Source: a virus
Taxonomy: Duplodnaviria; Heunggongvirae; Uroviricota; Caudoviricetes
DNA length: 64,000 nt
Virus record (IMG/VR): IMGVR_UViG_3300048573_000453
Coordinates: 32,421 to 96,420 of that record
Reading direction: 5' to 3' (one strand)
In this document: piece by piece, positions 42,760-53,049 of the stretch
Numbering within the stretch: position 1 is the stretch's first letter
How the letters are laid out: every line of letters starts with the position of its first letter
Made by a program: the position numbers and the translations under genes
Notes under the pieces: model-generated
What the model was told of the DNA's origin: nothing
Database searches by the model: none
The model's input: the letters and a program-made list of their open reading frames with translations, nothing else

Positions 42760-43016
42760 AGCGTTTTATACCTATTAAAAATTCTTCGCAACGCATAAGA
42801 ACGGATTATTGAAACTACAGTGTAAAAAATAACCAGCAGAATGTTTTGGCTTGTAGAAATTTCCCATCCCAGTAATGGGAAAATAACCAAATTCGCAATG
42901 AATGAAACTACTAGCCCGACAATGACATTGGTTAATGTCTCAACAATTGATCCACGCCTACTTTGCATTATGAGCTTCCCATGTAATTTTTCGTTTCCAA
43001 TAGATTTTAGGCCCAA
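42756..43016 (-). CDS. small membrane protein (86 aa)
   Basis: Hydrophobic ORF. Confidence 0.45.
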   Translation of the reverse strand: MGLKSIGNEKLHGKLIMQSRRGSIVETLTNVIVGLVVSFIANLVIFPLLGWEISTSQNILLVIFYTVVSIIRSYALRRIFNRYKTL

Positions 43017-43167
43017 ATAATTTTACATGCCACATTACACCGTTTCCAACTTGCTCGGCATCAACAAAGAAGCCGAGCTTTGAATGGCGCTTAAGACGTT
43101 TTAGCGTCTTAAGCATTTGCGGATGCGTCATTGTATCCTGGGCAAAGAGATAAGTTTCTTGGGTCAT
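42958..43167 (-). CDS. hypothetical basic protein (69 aa)
   Basis: ORF. Confidence 0.35.
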   Translation of the reverse strand: MTQETYLFAQDTMTHPQMLKTLKRLKRHSKLGFFVDAEQVGNGVMWHVKLFGPKIYWKRKITWEAHNAK

Positions 43168-43388
43168 GACGCAACAATCTTCATTGCTGAAAGTGCAACT
43201 GCAAAACCAACTAGCCAGGCTACGCCAATTTGTGCAAGATATTCAGGCTTTACTTCGGGATCATATTCTGCAATTTGCATTGCCCACCATCCAGCAGTAA
43301 AAATACCAAAGACTGTAGAAAGTGTAAAAGCCATTTCATCTGTCATTTTATTCTCCAATTGGTTCAACAAATTTATCATCACGAACAT
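43164..43388 (-). CDS. small membrane protein (74 aa)
   Basis: Hydrophobic ORF. Confidence 0.4.
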   Translation of the reverse strand: MFVMINLLNQLENKMTDEMAFTLSTVFGIFTAGWWAMQIAEYDPEVKPEYLAQIGVAWLVGFAVALSAMKIVAS

Positions 43389-44667
43389 GATTATACACTG
43401 GGAATCGCAGAGAGAAAAACTTTGCGTCTTTCGCCTTAGACATTTCTTGATAGGTAATCACCGCAGTTTGATGCTTATATTTTGAATCGAAATTCTCAGC
43501 GATATCAGCGCGAACTTCATCGCTGAAACCTGATCCGACATTACAGCGGAATTCACGACCATGCTCGTCTCGACCTTCGACTGTGATGCCACCACAAGTG
43601 CCCTGGAGACGCGACTTAGGCTTGCCTTGATACCAAGCAACGATACGCGCGTCAACATCATAAAAGCGCTTAATTTTGCACCAATCCATAGATCGGTCCC
43701 ACTGATAAACAGCATCCCAGTTCTTTAGGATTAAACCCTCTTGACCATGAACATCAATGACTTCGTTGCAGTACGCGACCATATCTGCATAACTTTTGAC
43801 TTCCCGCCCATTGGTGATAAGAATCTTTTTGCAACCTGCTTCGTCAATAATTTTTGAAAGAGCTATTCGATTTTGACGCATGGTAATCTTTGTAGATTGG
43901 GCCAGCCAATCATTCAAAGGCATCAAGAAAAAAGCATGGAATCGCAAATTGCCTTTTGCAACATCATTACCTGCTTTTTTGGAATTCATGGTTTCAGTGA
44001 AGTCTGAAGCAAATGCTTCGCCGTCAAGGACAAAGTCATAACCGACATTATCACGCATCTTCTTCATGTCTTCATCAAAGATGCCTTCAAGGTGTTCAGA
44101 AATTTTTCCGCTACGAGCACGGTATTCTACAGGCTGATTGAGGCGAACAAATGCGATGGACCTGTTACCGTCCATTTTCCAATCTCCATGGGCGGGGTAC
44201 GTTACCTTCTCAAGGAACTCTTCTGGGCTATCACACTTGTCTGCAAGCATAATTTCGAATACTGGAATAATTTCCTGCTTCCATGCAGAATTAGCGGTAT
44301 CTGCAGAAAATCCTGCTTTCAAATCCTTGTCAAAAATTCGCGCAATATATTCTTGCGCATGTTCGGGAAATTTTGAAATAGATTGCGTGACTGCTGCTCG
44401 AGCCGCATCTCCAGTAATTTGACGCGTTGCAAGCTTATTAAGCACTTCAAAAAAGTCTGAATAATTTACATCAGACATCTTGACATCTTGTGCAATTGAA
44501 GGCATCTCAAACTTCTTAACGCCGAATACCTGATAGGGATCCAAAGCTGCACAAATCAATTGTTTTGCAATTTCGTCAGCTTTTTCGAGTGCTTCCTTAA
44601 TCACTTTTTTGGTTCCTGAACCAGAAGCAGTTTCACACGCTTTAATAACTTCTATAAAATTACTCAT
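43348..44667 (-). CDS. ATP-dependent DNA ligase (T4 gp30-like)
   Basis: KMDGNR nucleotidyltransferase motif I (KxDGxR); size; N-terminal region resembles the T4 ligase start. Confidence 0.6.
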   Translation of the reverse strand: MSNFIEVIKACETASGSGTKKVIKEALEKADEIAKQLICAALDPYQVFGVKKFEMPSIAQDVKMSDVNYSDFFEVLNKLATRQITGDAARAAVTQSISKFPEHAQEYIARIFDKDLKAGFSADTANSAWKQEIIPVFEIMLADKCDSPEEFLEKVTYPAHGDWKMDGNRSIAFVRLNQPVEYRARSGKISEHLEGIFDEDMKKMRDNVGYDFVLDGEAFASDFTETMNSKKAGNDVAKGNLRFHAFFLMPLNDWLAQSTKITMRQNRIALSKIIDEAGCKKILITNGREVKSYADMVAYCNEVIDVHGQEGLILKNWDAVYQWDRSMDWCKIKRFYDVDARIVAWYQGKPKSRLQGTCGGITVEGRDEHGREFRCNVGSGFSDEVRADIAENFDSKYKHQTAVITYQEMSKAKDAKFFSLRFPVYNHVRDDKFVEPIGE

Positions 44668-44712
44668 TTTAATTCCTTATTTTTGGTTGCATAATCGATT
44701 ATACCGCAAAAA
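44668..44712 (-). promoter_or_regulatory. P1-related copy 4 upstream of the DNA ligase
   Basis: TTTTTGCGGTATAATCGATTATGCAACCAAAAATAAGGAATTAAAATG. Confidence 0.4.
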
Positions 44713-44765
44713 TAAACGCTTTGAAAGAAGACATAAATAATATTTTGCAAAAATAAAAGGAATTT

Positions 44766-45182
44766 ATGGCTAAAAATCAAGCACCGACCTTGTGCGTTGA
44801 AGATACGGGGGAAGCATCTTACGTGTCCCTCTTGGAATATAAAAGGGAACATTATCTCTGCGTTATTGATAGGATTTCATCTGATGAAATTACGGCATAC
44901 GTGCTAGATTATGCCGAAGCTGAAAATATACCAATTCAACAATTTCTAAGCGTAGCAAATCTTTGGTTTTATGGAGCCTCTGATGATCACCCGCTATCTG
45001 TAGAGCTCGCAGCAAAAGGCCTTACAGACGTGCTTTCGCCAATCTATAAGACCTTTGATGCTAACTATGTTTCACGTATAATTGGCACTACTTTTAATCA
45101 TGCTAATACGGAATCGAAAATAAAACGAAGAAAAGCAATTCCTGTAGTCGAAGGAACGCCAGTTCGACTTAAAAAGCGGTGA
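44766..45182 (+). CDS. hypothetical protein (138 aa), plus strand
   Basis: AAAGGAATTT RBS; late-promoter-like CATAAATAAT upstream; divergent from the ligase gene. Confidence 0.5.
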   Translation: MAKNQAPTLCVEDTGEASYVSLLEYKREHYLCVIDRISSDEITAYVLDYAEAENIPIQQFLSVANLWFYGASDDHPLSVELAAKGLTDVLSPIYKTFDANYVSRIIGTTFNHANTESKIKRRKAIPVVEGTPVRLKKR

Positions 45183-46194
45183 GATTGTAAAGACGCTTTA
45201 GGTGTGACAACTTAAACATATTAAATTGGTCAGTCAATTCTTGAGTCTTTTCCTTCAAAACTGATTTAGCAACAGCTTCATCTACTTCTTCGAAACGGGC
45301 ATCAAGATAGGCCAAAGCCCCTTCAATTGTTTCTTTTCCCTCTTTTACAGAGCGCAGATAATCAGAATTAGGTCGTGGGAATATTAGCGCTCCGGTTCTT
45401 GAAATCTCAACAATCTGTTCAACAATGCGAATTGCATGGCTCAACGCTTTCCAATCTGCATGCTGGCCCTCAAAGCTTTTAACGCGTTCCCCGTATGAAT
45501 CTAGCGTATTCAACAGTGAACTGTAAACTTGCCACCAAGTATTAGACATCAAAAACTTTGGAGAAATAACTTGAATGCCAGGAGCGGTTTCAATTCCTCC
45601 TTTAGCATTGAGAATTTCTATACGTGTGACGTTTGGAAACTTGAGGATTTTGTCAATCAGCTCAGAGGACTCAGGAGAATCAAGCCGGGCTTTACGCATT
45701 ACTTCAGTCTCTGAACCAAAGTAATCTTTGATCGTATCGACAACCTTCTTCAATGAAGTGTATCGATCATTTTTAAGGCCGTAAGCTTTCGACTGCGAGA
45801 TAGCATAACCGACCATCTTCTTCACAGAATTGGTCATATAATGATCAACCATCTCCCTCATCATTTGAACTTCTGAAGGCTTAACACGTTCTGATTCGCC
45901 ATTAAGAACGGCAAATGCAACTTCCAATGCGTAAGTTTGCCCGTTAAAGAAATCATCAAAAAATACCTGAAGCGGCAAGTATTCGGTTTCTGATTCCCCA
46001 GCCTGCACTTTATCGCTCTGTGAACGCCCTTCGGGCTTTTCCTTGCGATTAGTTACCTTCTTATTAAGCAGCAGATCATCAAGCTTTGGAAGAACTACGG
46101 CCTTATAGTCATAGTCAGATTCTGGTCCGAAAGTTCCATAAAGACGAGAGCCACTAGGTACCGTAAACAGTGTCGTTTCTTTTTCAGCTTTCAT
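45169..46194 (-). CDS. nucleotidyltransferase-fold protein
   Basis: PSGSRLYGTFGPESDYDY (GS-x9-DxD) motif. Confidence 0.45.
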   Translation of the reverse strand: MKAEKETTLFTVPSGSRLYGTFGPESDYDYKAVVLPKLDDLLLNKKVTNRKEKPEGRSQSDKVQAGESETEYLPLQVFFDDFFNGQTYALEVAFAVLNGESERVKPSEVQMMREMVDHYMTNSVKKMVGYAISQSKAYGLKNDRYTSLKKVVDTIKDYFGSETEVMRKARLDSPESSELIDKILKFPNVTRIEILNAKGGIETAPGIQVISPKFLMSNTWWQVYSSLLNTLDSYGERVKSFEGQHADWKALSHAIRIVEQIVEISRTGALIFPRPNSDYLRSVKEGKETIEGALAYLDARFEEVDEAVAKSVLKEKTQELTDQFNMFKLSHLKRLYNLTAF

Positions 46195-47290
46195 TATTCA
46201 TCTCCTGTCGAATGGCAGTAATCATTGCCAAACTAATTTGGCGTCCAAGTTCTTTACCAGCAAAATTTGCTACGAGGTTGATTATATCAAGATTTGACGT
46301 GATTGAAGCGAATTTTCTCCAATCATGTGCTGAAAAAAGCAAGTTATTTTGTTGTATCGGCCAAAGTGCCGCCAAAACATTTAGGGCACAGTTTGCGTGC
46401 GTGCTAATAGCATTCGTAGAACGAGTCTTTACTAGAGCATAAACAACACCTTCTGCTGAATAGTCAGCAGAAGTAAAAATTTGCAAAGCATTTAAAGCAC
46501 CGTTAACATCATTTCCAAAAACCTTTGCTGCATTTGGCGCCATAACTGAAGAAAAAGTCGCAACTAAAATCTCACTCGTTTCCAAGTTACACTTACGTGC
46601 AGCTTCAAAATGTTTTTTCATTTCAAGAAGATGTGAACTACTTATATCCCCAAAAACATCTTTGAAAAAACGCACGTTCTGAAATACGCCAAGTTTGTAA
46701 AGAAGATCAACGAATCGGCCAAAGTCTGAACCATCGTCAAGGATGACTTTCTCAAACTCTTTTACAAATCGCTCTTTTGAAATGGTATCCATTTCACCAG
46801 ATTTAACAATCTGCTTTGACAATTCCATGGTTTCATCAGCAACAGAAAATTCAGAATAGCGAGCATAAAATCTAGCAAGTCGAACAACGCGCAAAGGATC
46901 TTCAGAAAATGCTAAAGATGTATGGCGAAGAATTTTTGCTTTGATGTCTTTCACGCCGCCATATGGATCAATGTATTCCCCGTTTACGGGGTTGAAAGCT
47001 ATCGAGTTGGTTGTAAAATCCCGACGCTTAAGGTCTGATTCGATTGTGACGTTTTCAGTCTCTACAGAAAATCCTGTATGACCAACACCAGCCTTTTGCT
47101 CAGTTCTAGCCAAAGCCCATTCATCCCCTGTTTCGGGATGGAGGAACACTGGAAATGATGCCCCAACTTGCTTAAAGCCGAGTCGAATCATTTCTTCAGT
47201 CGAAGACCCGACTACGACCCAATCAACATCCTTCGGCTCGCGCCCCATGAGTTGATCGCGAACGGCGCCTCCGACTTTATAAACATCCAT
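46184..47290 (-). CDS. cca: tRNA nucleotidyltransferase (CCA-adding enzyme), head domain plus body
   Basis: GGAVRD ... DVDW ... RRDFTTNS class II CCA/poly(A) polymerase motifs. Confidence 0.8.
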   Translation of the reverse strand: MDVYKVGGAVRDQLMGREPKDVDWVVVGSSTEEMIRLGFKQVGASFPVFLHPETGDEWALARTEQKAGVGHTGFSVETENVTIESDLKRRDFTTNSIAFNPVNGEYIDPYGGVKDIKAKILRHTSLAFSEDPLRVVRLARFYARYSEFSVADETMELSKQIVKSGEMDTISKERFVKEFEKVILDDGSDFGRFVDLLYKLGVFQNVRFFKDVFGDISSSHLLEMKKHFEAARKCNLETSEILVATFSSVMAPNAAKVFGNDVNGALNALQIFTSADYSAEGVVYALVKTRSTNAISTHANCALNVLAALWPIQQNNLLFSAHDWRKFASITSNLDIINLVANFAGKELGRQISLAMITAIRQEMNNES

Positions 47291-47322
47291 TTTAATTCCT
47301 TCGACTAAAAAAATTACGCCCT

Positions 47323-47616
47323 TCAGTCTCGCATGAACTTCTTAATTTTTGCCTTTTTGCTATTTGCAGCTTCGGTAATAGTATCCCAGTTCAAATTCAT
47401 CTGTGATAGCTCAGTGTTCATAATCATGTCAGTCATGCCAACCACATCACCAAGTTCTATGACTAGGTGTTGAATATTGGATGTTCGAAACGGATCTTCT
47501 GGGTGATAGCTGTCAACCCCGAATCGCTTAATTTTCGAGATAGCTTGAATTACTTCAGCACACTCTTCTTGAAGAATGTCTAGCAGATCGATGGTTTTTT
47601 GGGAAAGTTGTTTCAT
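47323..47616 (-). CDS. MazG-like nucleotide pyrophosphohydrolase (small)
   Basis: EExxE...ExxD pattern in a ~97-aa helical protein. Confidence 0.45.
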   Translation of the reverse strand: MKQLSQKTIDLLDILQEECAEVIQAISKIKRFGVDSYHPEDPFRTSNIQHLVIELGDVVGMTDMIMNTELSQMNLNWDTITEAANSKKAKIKKFMRD

Positions 47617-48182
47617 AAAACTCCGGCTTGAATTAAAAATAGTTGAAGGACGATAACGTGAGCGTATGCAATACTGTGGGCCTTTTTAAAAGTATAACCG
47701 TTTTCATCTTTGGCATACAACAGTGTTCTTGTTGCTATAGGATGTGCTTGATAGAGCGTTAACAGTTTCTTTTTTCCTGGTCTAATAAGCGCTAAAACGT
47801 CTGCTAATTGTACAATACTTTTGGGCTTTATAGCATCTAGTACAGATGAATGATTTGCTAATTGAAACAATTTGGGCTGATGTTCAGGGTCTAAAAGAAT
47901 TGACCAATCCGGTTCAAGGCATAAGAGCTCCTCGATTTCCTGTCGCGATTTGAAATGCGAGTATACATTAAGATGTAAAAAGTCGATTTTCATAAAACCG
48001 ACCTGTTCGGCTTCTTCATATGGAATAGCACAGAGCTTCGTGAGATGATCAACCGGAACAGGTTGGGGGTATACTCCACAAGGATGTGGACCGAGTTTCC
48101 CATTCTTAACCATGCTTGCTTTAGTCCATCCGAAAGCCTTACTTGGGTTAAACGTGTTTACTATATCAATATCGACATCCAT
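47613..48182 (-). CDS. hypothetical protein (189 aa)
   Basis: ORF. Confidence 0.45.
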   Translation of the reverse strand: MDVDIDIVNTFNPSKAFGWTKASMVKNGKLGPHPCGVYPQPVPVDHLTKLCAIPYEEAEQVGFMKIDFLHLNVYSHFKSRQEIEELLCLEPDWSILLDPEHQPKLFQLANHSSVLDAIKPKSIVQLADVLALIRPGKKKLLTLYQAHPIATRTLLYAKDENGYTFKKAHSIAYAHVIVLQLFLIQAGVL

Positions 48183-49039
48183 TAGAGCCCCATCTCTTTT
48201 GCAATATGCTTAATATTGTCAATGGCTGCTTTCTCAGTTTTAAAACGTTCTGCCCAATAAGCAGAATTTACTACCTGATTGAAAGCTTTAAGCTGTGACA
48301 TGTCCAGAGTCTTTAAAAAAGCACCAAAGCTTGTAGAACAGAATAGCAACCAAGGAGTCAACCTACGTTGTCTAATTAAAGACAAAACGGTATTCGGCCC
48401 GAGATGGGTAAAAATCTCTCGTAAATCAACCTTCTCCTTACCTGCAGTATCAATCAAATAAGAAATCGAATCTTGAACTTGATCTAGCGGATCTGAAATT
48501 TTGTCTGACCAATCTAAGTACAGTGCATAAGCAGAATCGCGGCACCAAAGAATTGGCAAAATATTGCCTTCGACCATCAACGAAATAAATTTGTTCGGGT
48601 TGGAAATATTTGCTTTTACTACAAGTTCAGAGAAATTAATGAATGCGCGGTAATATTTGGACTCCAAGAATGCGGCAGAAGAAGGCTGACTAAATTTCTT
48701 CTGCCGCATCCATTCACGATAGAACCCATAAGCAGTTTGTCCAACAGGACTTAGCAACTCTTGAGCACGTCTACGCGGTTCGCAAAAATGCTTCATGAAG
48801 GTAGTTTCAGTGGCAAACCTTTTTGTGCAATAGTGACAATACCAGTTGCCAATTTTGCCCAAATTTATTTCCGCATCTTCTAAAGGAATCCTACGTGCTG
48901 CAATCTCTTCAGCATTAAGAATTTTAGGGACCCTTGGTGGGTTTTGCTGTGACTGTTTCACCTTTCCATTTCCATCCCGGTTTAGTAGGTTCTCCGAATC
49001 CACGGAAGAATCTGATAAAATTTCTAATGACATGTTCAT
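48182..49039 (-). CDS. hypothetical protein with a C2HC zinc-finger-like motif (285 aa)
   Basis: CHYCTKRFATETTFMKHFC. Confidence 0.45.
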   Translation of the reverse strand: MNMSLEILSDSSVDSENLLNRDGNGKVKQSQQNPPRVPKILNAEEIAARRIPLEDAEINLGKIGNWYCHYCTKRFATETTFMKHFCEPRRRAQELLSPVGQTAYGFYREWMRQKKFSQPSSAAFLESKYYRAFINFSELVVKANISNPNKFISLMVEGNILPILWCRDSAYALYLDWSDKISDPLDQVQDSISYLIDTAGKEKVDLREIFTHLGPNTVLSLIRQRRLTPWLLFCSTSFGAFLKTLDMSQLKAFNQVVNSAYWAERFKTEKAAIDNIKHIAKEMGL

Positions 49040-49565
49040 CTATATGTGGCGTATTTACAGTTACATGGAGACCAACTACGGGCAAACCATAGTCTTTGAC
49101 AACAATTTTTGGCTGCACTTTTACTGGCAGAGCTGAAAGTTCGGCTTGTATTTTCTTCTTTCGTTTTCTGGCCTCTCTGTAAGCTTCATTAAATGGCAGT
49201 ACTGCCATAATTGTACCATCTTTTTTGTCTTTAATGAAACTTGGGAAGTCTGCAAGCTCAATTGCTTTGTCTTCAATCAGGGCGTAGGCTTCATAATTCA
49301 CCGTAGACATGGCTACAGCAAAATATAGCTTCTTTTGGGAATGGAAAAAATGAAAGTCTACCAATTGCCAGTTATGCCCGGGATCGTAAAACCGATCGCA
49401 ATAAAAATCTCCATTATAGGCACATTCTGGATATCGAACCATTAGCCGCTTCGCAAATATGTACGTCGCTTTACGCTTTTTGCGATTTGAAACCCGTAAA
49501 CCATATCTAGAAAATCGTATTGGCATGCTATTCCTTATTTGTTTTTGCCCTAATCTCCAGGCCAA
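48924..49565 (-). CDS. hypothetical basic protein (213 aa; 116-nt overlap with the downstream gene, start uncertain)
   Basis: ORF. Confidence 0.4.
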   Translation of the reverse strand: MAWRLGQKQIRNSMPIRFSRYGLRVSNRKKRKATYIFAKRLMVRYPECAYNGDFYCDRFYDPGHNWQLVDFHFFHSQKKLYFAVAMSTVNYEAYALIEDKAIELADFPSFIKDKKDGTIMAVLPFNEAYREARKRKKKIQAELSALPVKVQPKIVVKDYGLPVVGLHVTVNTPHIDEHVIRNFIRFFRGFGEPTKPGWKWKGETVTAKPTKGP

Positions 49566-49626
49566 CTAAACGCAGACATTTGCGAAGGCTGTTTGCGTGC
49601 AGGTTTTGCAATATGGCAGGTGATTT

Positions 49627-50085
49627 TTAGCGAAGTTTGCCATTCAATGTTTCAATTTCACTAATTTCCAAAATACGAATGCTGCCATTAAATTTTGCAG
49701 CATCAGCACAAAGCGTATTATAAATTGAACGTGCTAACATAGTCATCCTATGTGAAGCGTTTTGGCAGAAATAAGTGCTACCACTTGAATTTTTGAATTC
49801 GAAAAAATCTTCATGCTTAACAACATGCTCAATAGAAGAACCAAGTTTCCACGAATCTACGCCCGCAAAACCCCCATACCAGGATGCTAAGATCCTAAAC
49901 ACTGTTTTATTAGCATCTTTGATCTCTACTACAACCCAGCCATCAGGAGTATATTCACTCACTTTTGAATTCCTTTTTGAGCTTTGCAATTCGATCTTTG
50001 TCCCAGCCAAGTTCTTCTGCCATTTGCAAGATTTCTTCTTGAGGCGGAAGAGAGTAAGTTTTAGCTTCCCGTTCAGAGATACCAA
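49627..50085 (-). CDS. hypothetical protein (start uncertain; overlaps the upstream gene by 131 nt)
   Basis: ORF. Confidence 0.35.
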   Translation of the reverse strand: MVSLNGKLKLTLFRLKKKSCKWQKNLAGTKIELQSSKRNSKVSEYTPDGWVVVEIKDANKTVFRILASWYGGFAGVDSWKLGSSIEHVVKHEDFFEFKNSSGSTYFCQNASHRMTMLARSIYNTLCADAAKFNGSIRILEISEIETLNGKLR

Positions 50086-50416
50086 AATACTGTTTAATAA
50101 CTTCTACGCACTCGACAGATTTTTTGTTAGACTTTACGCCTAGCCAAGCATATCGCTTGGGCTTCTTAGAAGATGCAACTTGCAACAATTGCATAAGAAG
50201 ATGCGGGTGATCACTTAAAGTGAAAACGCTCGGATTAACAAATTCATTAAGCATCATAATCTGCCGCTCATCTGAAGTTCCCGTCATCCAACGCATGACG
50301 ACTAAAGGGGCAAAACCTTTTCGTTCGTCTTCAGTCAGTTTGCTGTAAATGTCTCCGCTTCGGGGGCTGTCAATGTTGGACAACAGCCCAAAAATGTCAA
50401 GTTTATAGGCGGCCAT
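49955..50416 (-). CDS. hypothetical protein, possible clamp-loader small subunit (gp62-like)
   Basis: Position near the gp44-like gene and weak C-terminal resemblance; low confidence. Confidence 0.3.
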   Translation of the reverse strand: MAAYKLDIFGLLSNIDSPRSGDIYSKLTEDERKGFAPLVVMRWMTGTSDERQIMMLNEFVNPSVFTLSDHPHLLMQLLQVASSKKPKRYAWLGVKSNKKSVECVEVIKQYFGISEREAKTYSLPPQEEILQMAEELGWDKDRIAKLKKEFKSE

Positions 50417-50738
50417 GTTTTTTCATATATTCTTCTTCAGCGAAACGAAGAGCTTCTCGCTCTGCCTCGATATCGATAGGTGGAGTATCTTCAGGGTTGT
50501 CGCTCAGCATGGCACGGTCCGCAATGTAATCAGCCCAAGCATGCAAAATCTTGCGAACTCTATCACGGCCCATGCATTCATTCTCAACAACAAGGGTTCC
50601 GTCTTTTGACAGAAAAACTTCTAGTTGACCAAATCCGCAACCTGTCCACTCCCAATTAAAATAAGTTTGCGCGCTATGCGCGAGGCTGACTGTGGGTTGA
50701 TTCGCATTAATAATAGCTCGACGTTCTTCTGGGGTCAT
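50403..50738 (-). CDS. hypothetical protein (111 aa)
   Basis: ORF. Confidence 0.45.
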   Translation of the reverse strand: MTPEERRAIINANQPTVSLAHSAQTYFNWEWTGCGFGQLEVFLSKDGTLVVENECMGRDRVRKILHAWADYIADRAMLSDNPEDTPPIDIEAEREALRFAEEEYMKKHGRL

Positions 50739-51001
50739 TTTAAACCTTTCTCTTCATATGCTTGCTTTTTGTTGTCAGTAATTATGTCAGTGCACCGCTG
50801 TTGATCCCATTCGCATTTGTCTGGCATCCCATCAGGGAAAGTGACACTGCAACTTGCGCATACCCATTCACACTCATTTCTGGCAGCTCGCATAGTCCAT
50901 TCACATGTAAATGCATCTATATCCGTAAAAACTTCGTCCCGCTTCGTTGAATCGCAAATGAAAATCCCCAGAATCATAGTTTCCCCAAAGAAATGAAGCA
51001 T
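50735..51001 (-). CDS. small Cys-rich protein (88 aa)
   Basis: CEW...CASC...CEW...C pattern. Confidence 0.45.
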   Translation of the reverse strand: MLHFFGETMILGIFICDSTKRDEVFTDIDAFTCEWTMRAARNECEWVCASCSVTFPDGMPDKCEWDQQRCTDIITDNKKQAYEEKGLK

Positions 51002-51885
51002 GCTGCCAAATTTATTTCAGTGTCTGAAACCAATGCGTGCGATTTCAAATATTCGGCAATAGTAACAATTGCCGCTTCCTTATCAGAAATTTTCATTCGC
51101 TCGATATTCGTATACAGGAACGTATAAACATCTTCGTGCTCTTCACGTGTTGCTGATTCGCAGACAAGTTTACGGGCTCGTTTAAAATCCCCCGCGGAAA
51201 TTGCATCCAGCAGCCCAAACTTCCAATCTGCAGAGTCCGAAGACATTTGCTGCGGGTTGAGAAGCTTTCCGTTCTGAACATTGCCCTGTAGCAACTGGAT
51301 GATCTTGCGAATATCTGGGTAACCAACATCTACATAAGTTAGTAATGTTTCCGCATCATACTCTACCTGTTCTTTTTCAAGAATTTCAGCAACATGAACC
51401 GCAACCTTTTCTTTGTCTGGGGCCTTAAAATAAAATTCTTGGAATCGCGATTTCAGGGCCGGAATAACTCTATTCGCATAATTGCATGTTGCAATATACC
51501 GACATGTTCTAGAAGTCTCTTCAATCAATGCGCGGAGCAATGCCATTGATTCAAGTGAAAGGTAATCAACCTCTTCAAGACGTACAACTTTAAAATCACC
51601 AAGAGGCATCGACATTGCAAACGAAGTAACTCGATTGCGAAGCGCTTCAATCTTTTCATCAGAACAGTTAATTTTTAAAACATCTGATGAAGCAACGTTC
51701 AGGTCTTTGATAAGGGACAGGGACGTAGAAGTTTTTCCGGTTCCTTGGACTCCGCTTAAAAACAAGTGAGGAATATCTCCTGCAGCAATAAAGCTTTTAA
51801 ACTTTTCGCGCTGGCGTTCATCTTGAAAAATGACGTCTTTAATAGACTTTGGACGGTAGCGTTCTACCCAAATAGAAGTTTTCAT
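50974..51885 (-). CDS. clamp loader ATPase subunit (RFC small subunit / T4 gp44-like)
   Basis: WVERYRPKSIKDV N-terminal RFC box; Walker A GVQGTGKTS. Confidence 0.7.
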   Translation of the reverse strand: MKTSIWVERYRPKSIKDVIFQDERQREKFKSFIAAGDIPHLFLSGVQGTGKTSTSLSLIKDLNVASSDVLKINCSDEKIEALRNRVTSFAMSMPLGDFKVVRLEEVDYLSLESMALLRALIEETSRTCRYIATCNYANRVIPALKSRFQEFYFKAPDKEKVAVHVAEILEKEQVEYDAETLLTYVDVGYPDIRKIIQLLQGNVQNGKLLNPQQMSSDSADWKFGLLDAISAGDFKRARKLVCESATREEHEDVYTFLYTNIERMKISDKEAAIVTIAEYLKSHALVSDTEINLAACFISLGKL

Positions 51886-51917
51886 AAAATATGTTTGCTC
51901 TAAAAGTAATTTAAAAA

Positions 51918-53024
51918 TTATTCTCGTCGGTAAACTTTTGCAACTGTTGAATAAGTGTCATTAGTAAACTCTATATCAGCATTACTGACATTGATTTCTT
52001 CCATGGAGGTCTTAAAAGGCAATACCTGTTGCCGGGGAATCGGTGCATCTGGGTAAACGATTTGTCCAGCAGCTTGATCGGCATCGTCCAACGATGATTT
52101 AAAAACTTGCGATTTTAGTGAGCGCATAGTAATTATTTCAGGTTGTTCGGTCTTAGCTTCAGCAGGTTCATTTTCTGCAGGCGGAACTACAGACGGTTTT
52201 TGAGGTTCTTCAACAGGCTCCTTTTCAACTTGTGGTTCAACTTTTATATTGTACTTCCATGGCACAATTGTTGGCTCGACTTTTTTAACTGGTGGTTTAA
52301 CAGGGGCTTGGAAAACAGGAAGTTCCTGGACAGCAGGTTCAAGTTCACTCTTCCTACGAGCAATAAGAAAGTTTCCAGCCACAAGTAGAGCAACTGCTAA
52401 CGGGTCAAACACGAAAATGATGAACAGAATGACCCATTTTACTGCTTGTTCTGGCGTAGTATTAAATACGCTAGCGACATACATGATTGGGCCAATTTTT
52501 GTGTTTTGACTGATCGCATTTACCTTGAGTTCTGGCAGCTCTTTATCTATGGCTACCAAGCGCTTATTGATAGAAGTAGATTCAACCTTAAATTGGTTGG
52601 TTAGGCGGACTCTGCTCGTCACAGAATTTGCAGGAAGATTCGCAATTTGCGCATCGATTTCCTCTTTGCGTTTCTGTAGGCGATCCTTCTCCTCGGTTAG
52701 GGCATCAATTAGGACCGTTTGCTGGTTGTTTCCAGAGATAGCTTTTTGGAATTCCCCAGAGAGGAATCCAAAAACTCCAGCCGAAGTAATGATCATCAGG
52801 ACCAATGTAGCAAATGACATGTAAAACTTCATTTTCAAACTGATTTCTTTCCAGTTTTTGTACAAGAACGTTACACTAGCGACTTTGGCAATATCCAGAG
52901 AAACTGCCATCGCAATTACAATCGGGCTTCCGGCAAAGAGTGCGCTAAGGCCGAGTACGCTAATCCAAGTTCCTAACCCCTCAAGTAAAAATGCAGACAA
53001 CATTACAAATGCAATAAACAGCAT
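51918..53024 (-). CDS. membrane protein with Pro/Val-rich region (368 aa)
   Basis: Multiple hydrophobic segments. Confidence 0.5.
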   Translation of the reverse strand: MLFIAFVMLSAFLLEGLGTWISVLGLSALFAGSPIVIAMAVSLDIAKVASVTFLYKNWKEISLKMKFYMSFATLVLMIITSAGVFGFLSGEFQKAISGNNQQTVLIDALTEEKDRLQKRKEEIDAQIANLPANSVTSRVRLTNQFKVESTSINKRLVAIDKELPELKVNAISQNTKIGPIMYVASVFNTTPEQAVKWVILFIIFVFDPLAVALLVAGNFLIARRKSELEPAVQELPVFQAPVKPPVKKVEPTIVPWKYNIKVEPQVEKEPVEEPQKPSVVPPAENEPAEAKTEQPEIITMRSLKSQVFKSSLDDADQAAGQIVYPDAPIPRQQVLPFKTSMEEINVSNADIEFTNDTYSTVAKVYRRE

Positions 53025-53049
53025 CGGCGCACCCTCTTTCTATCATCGT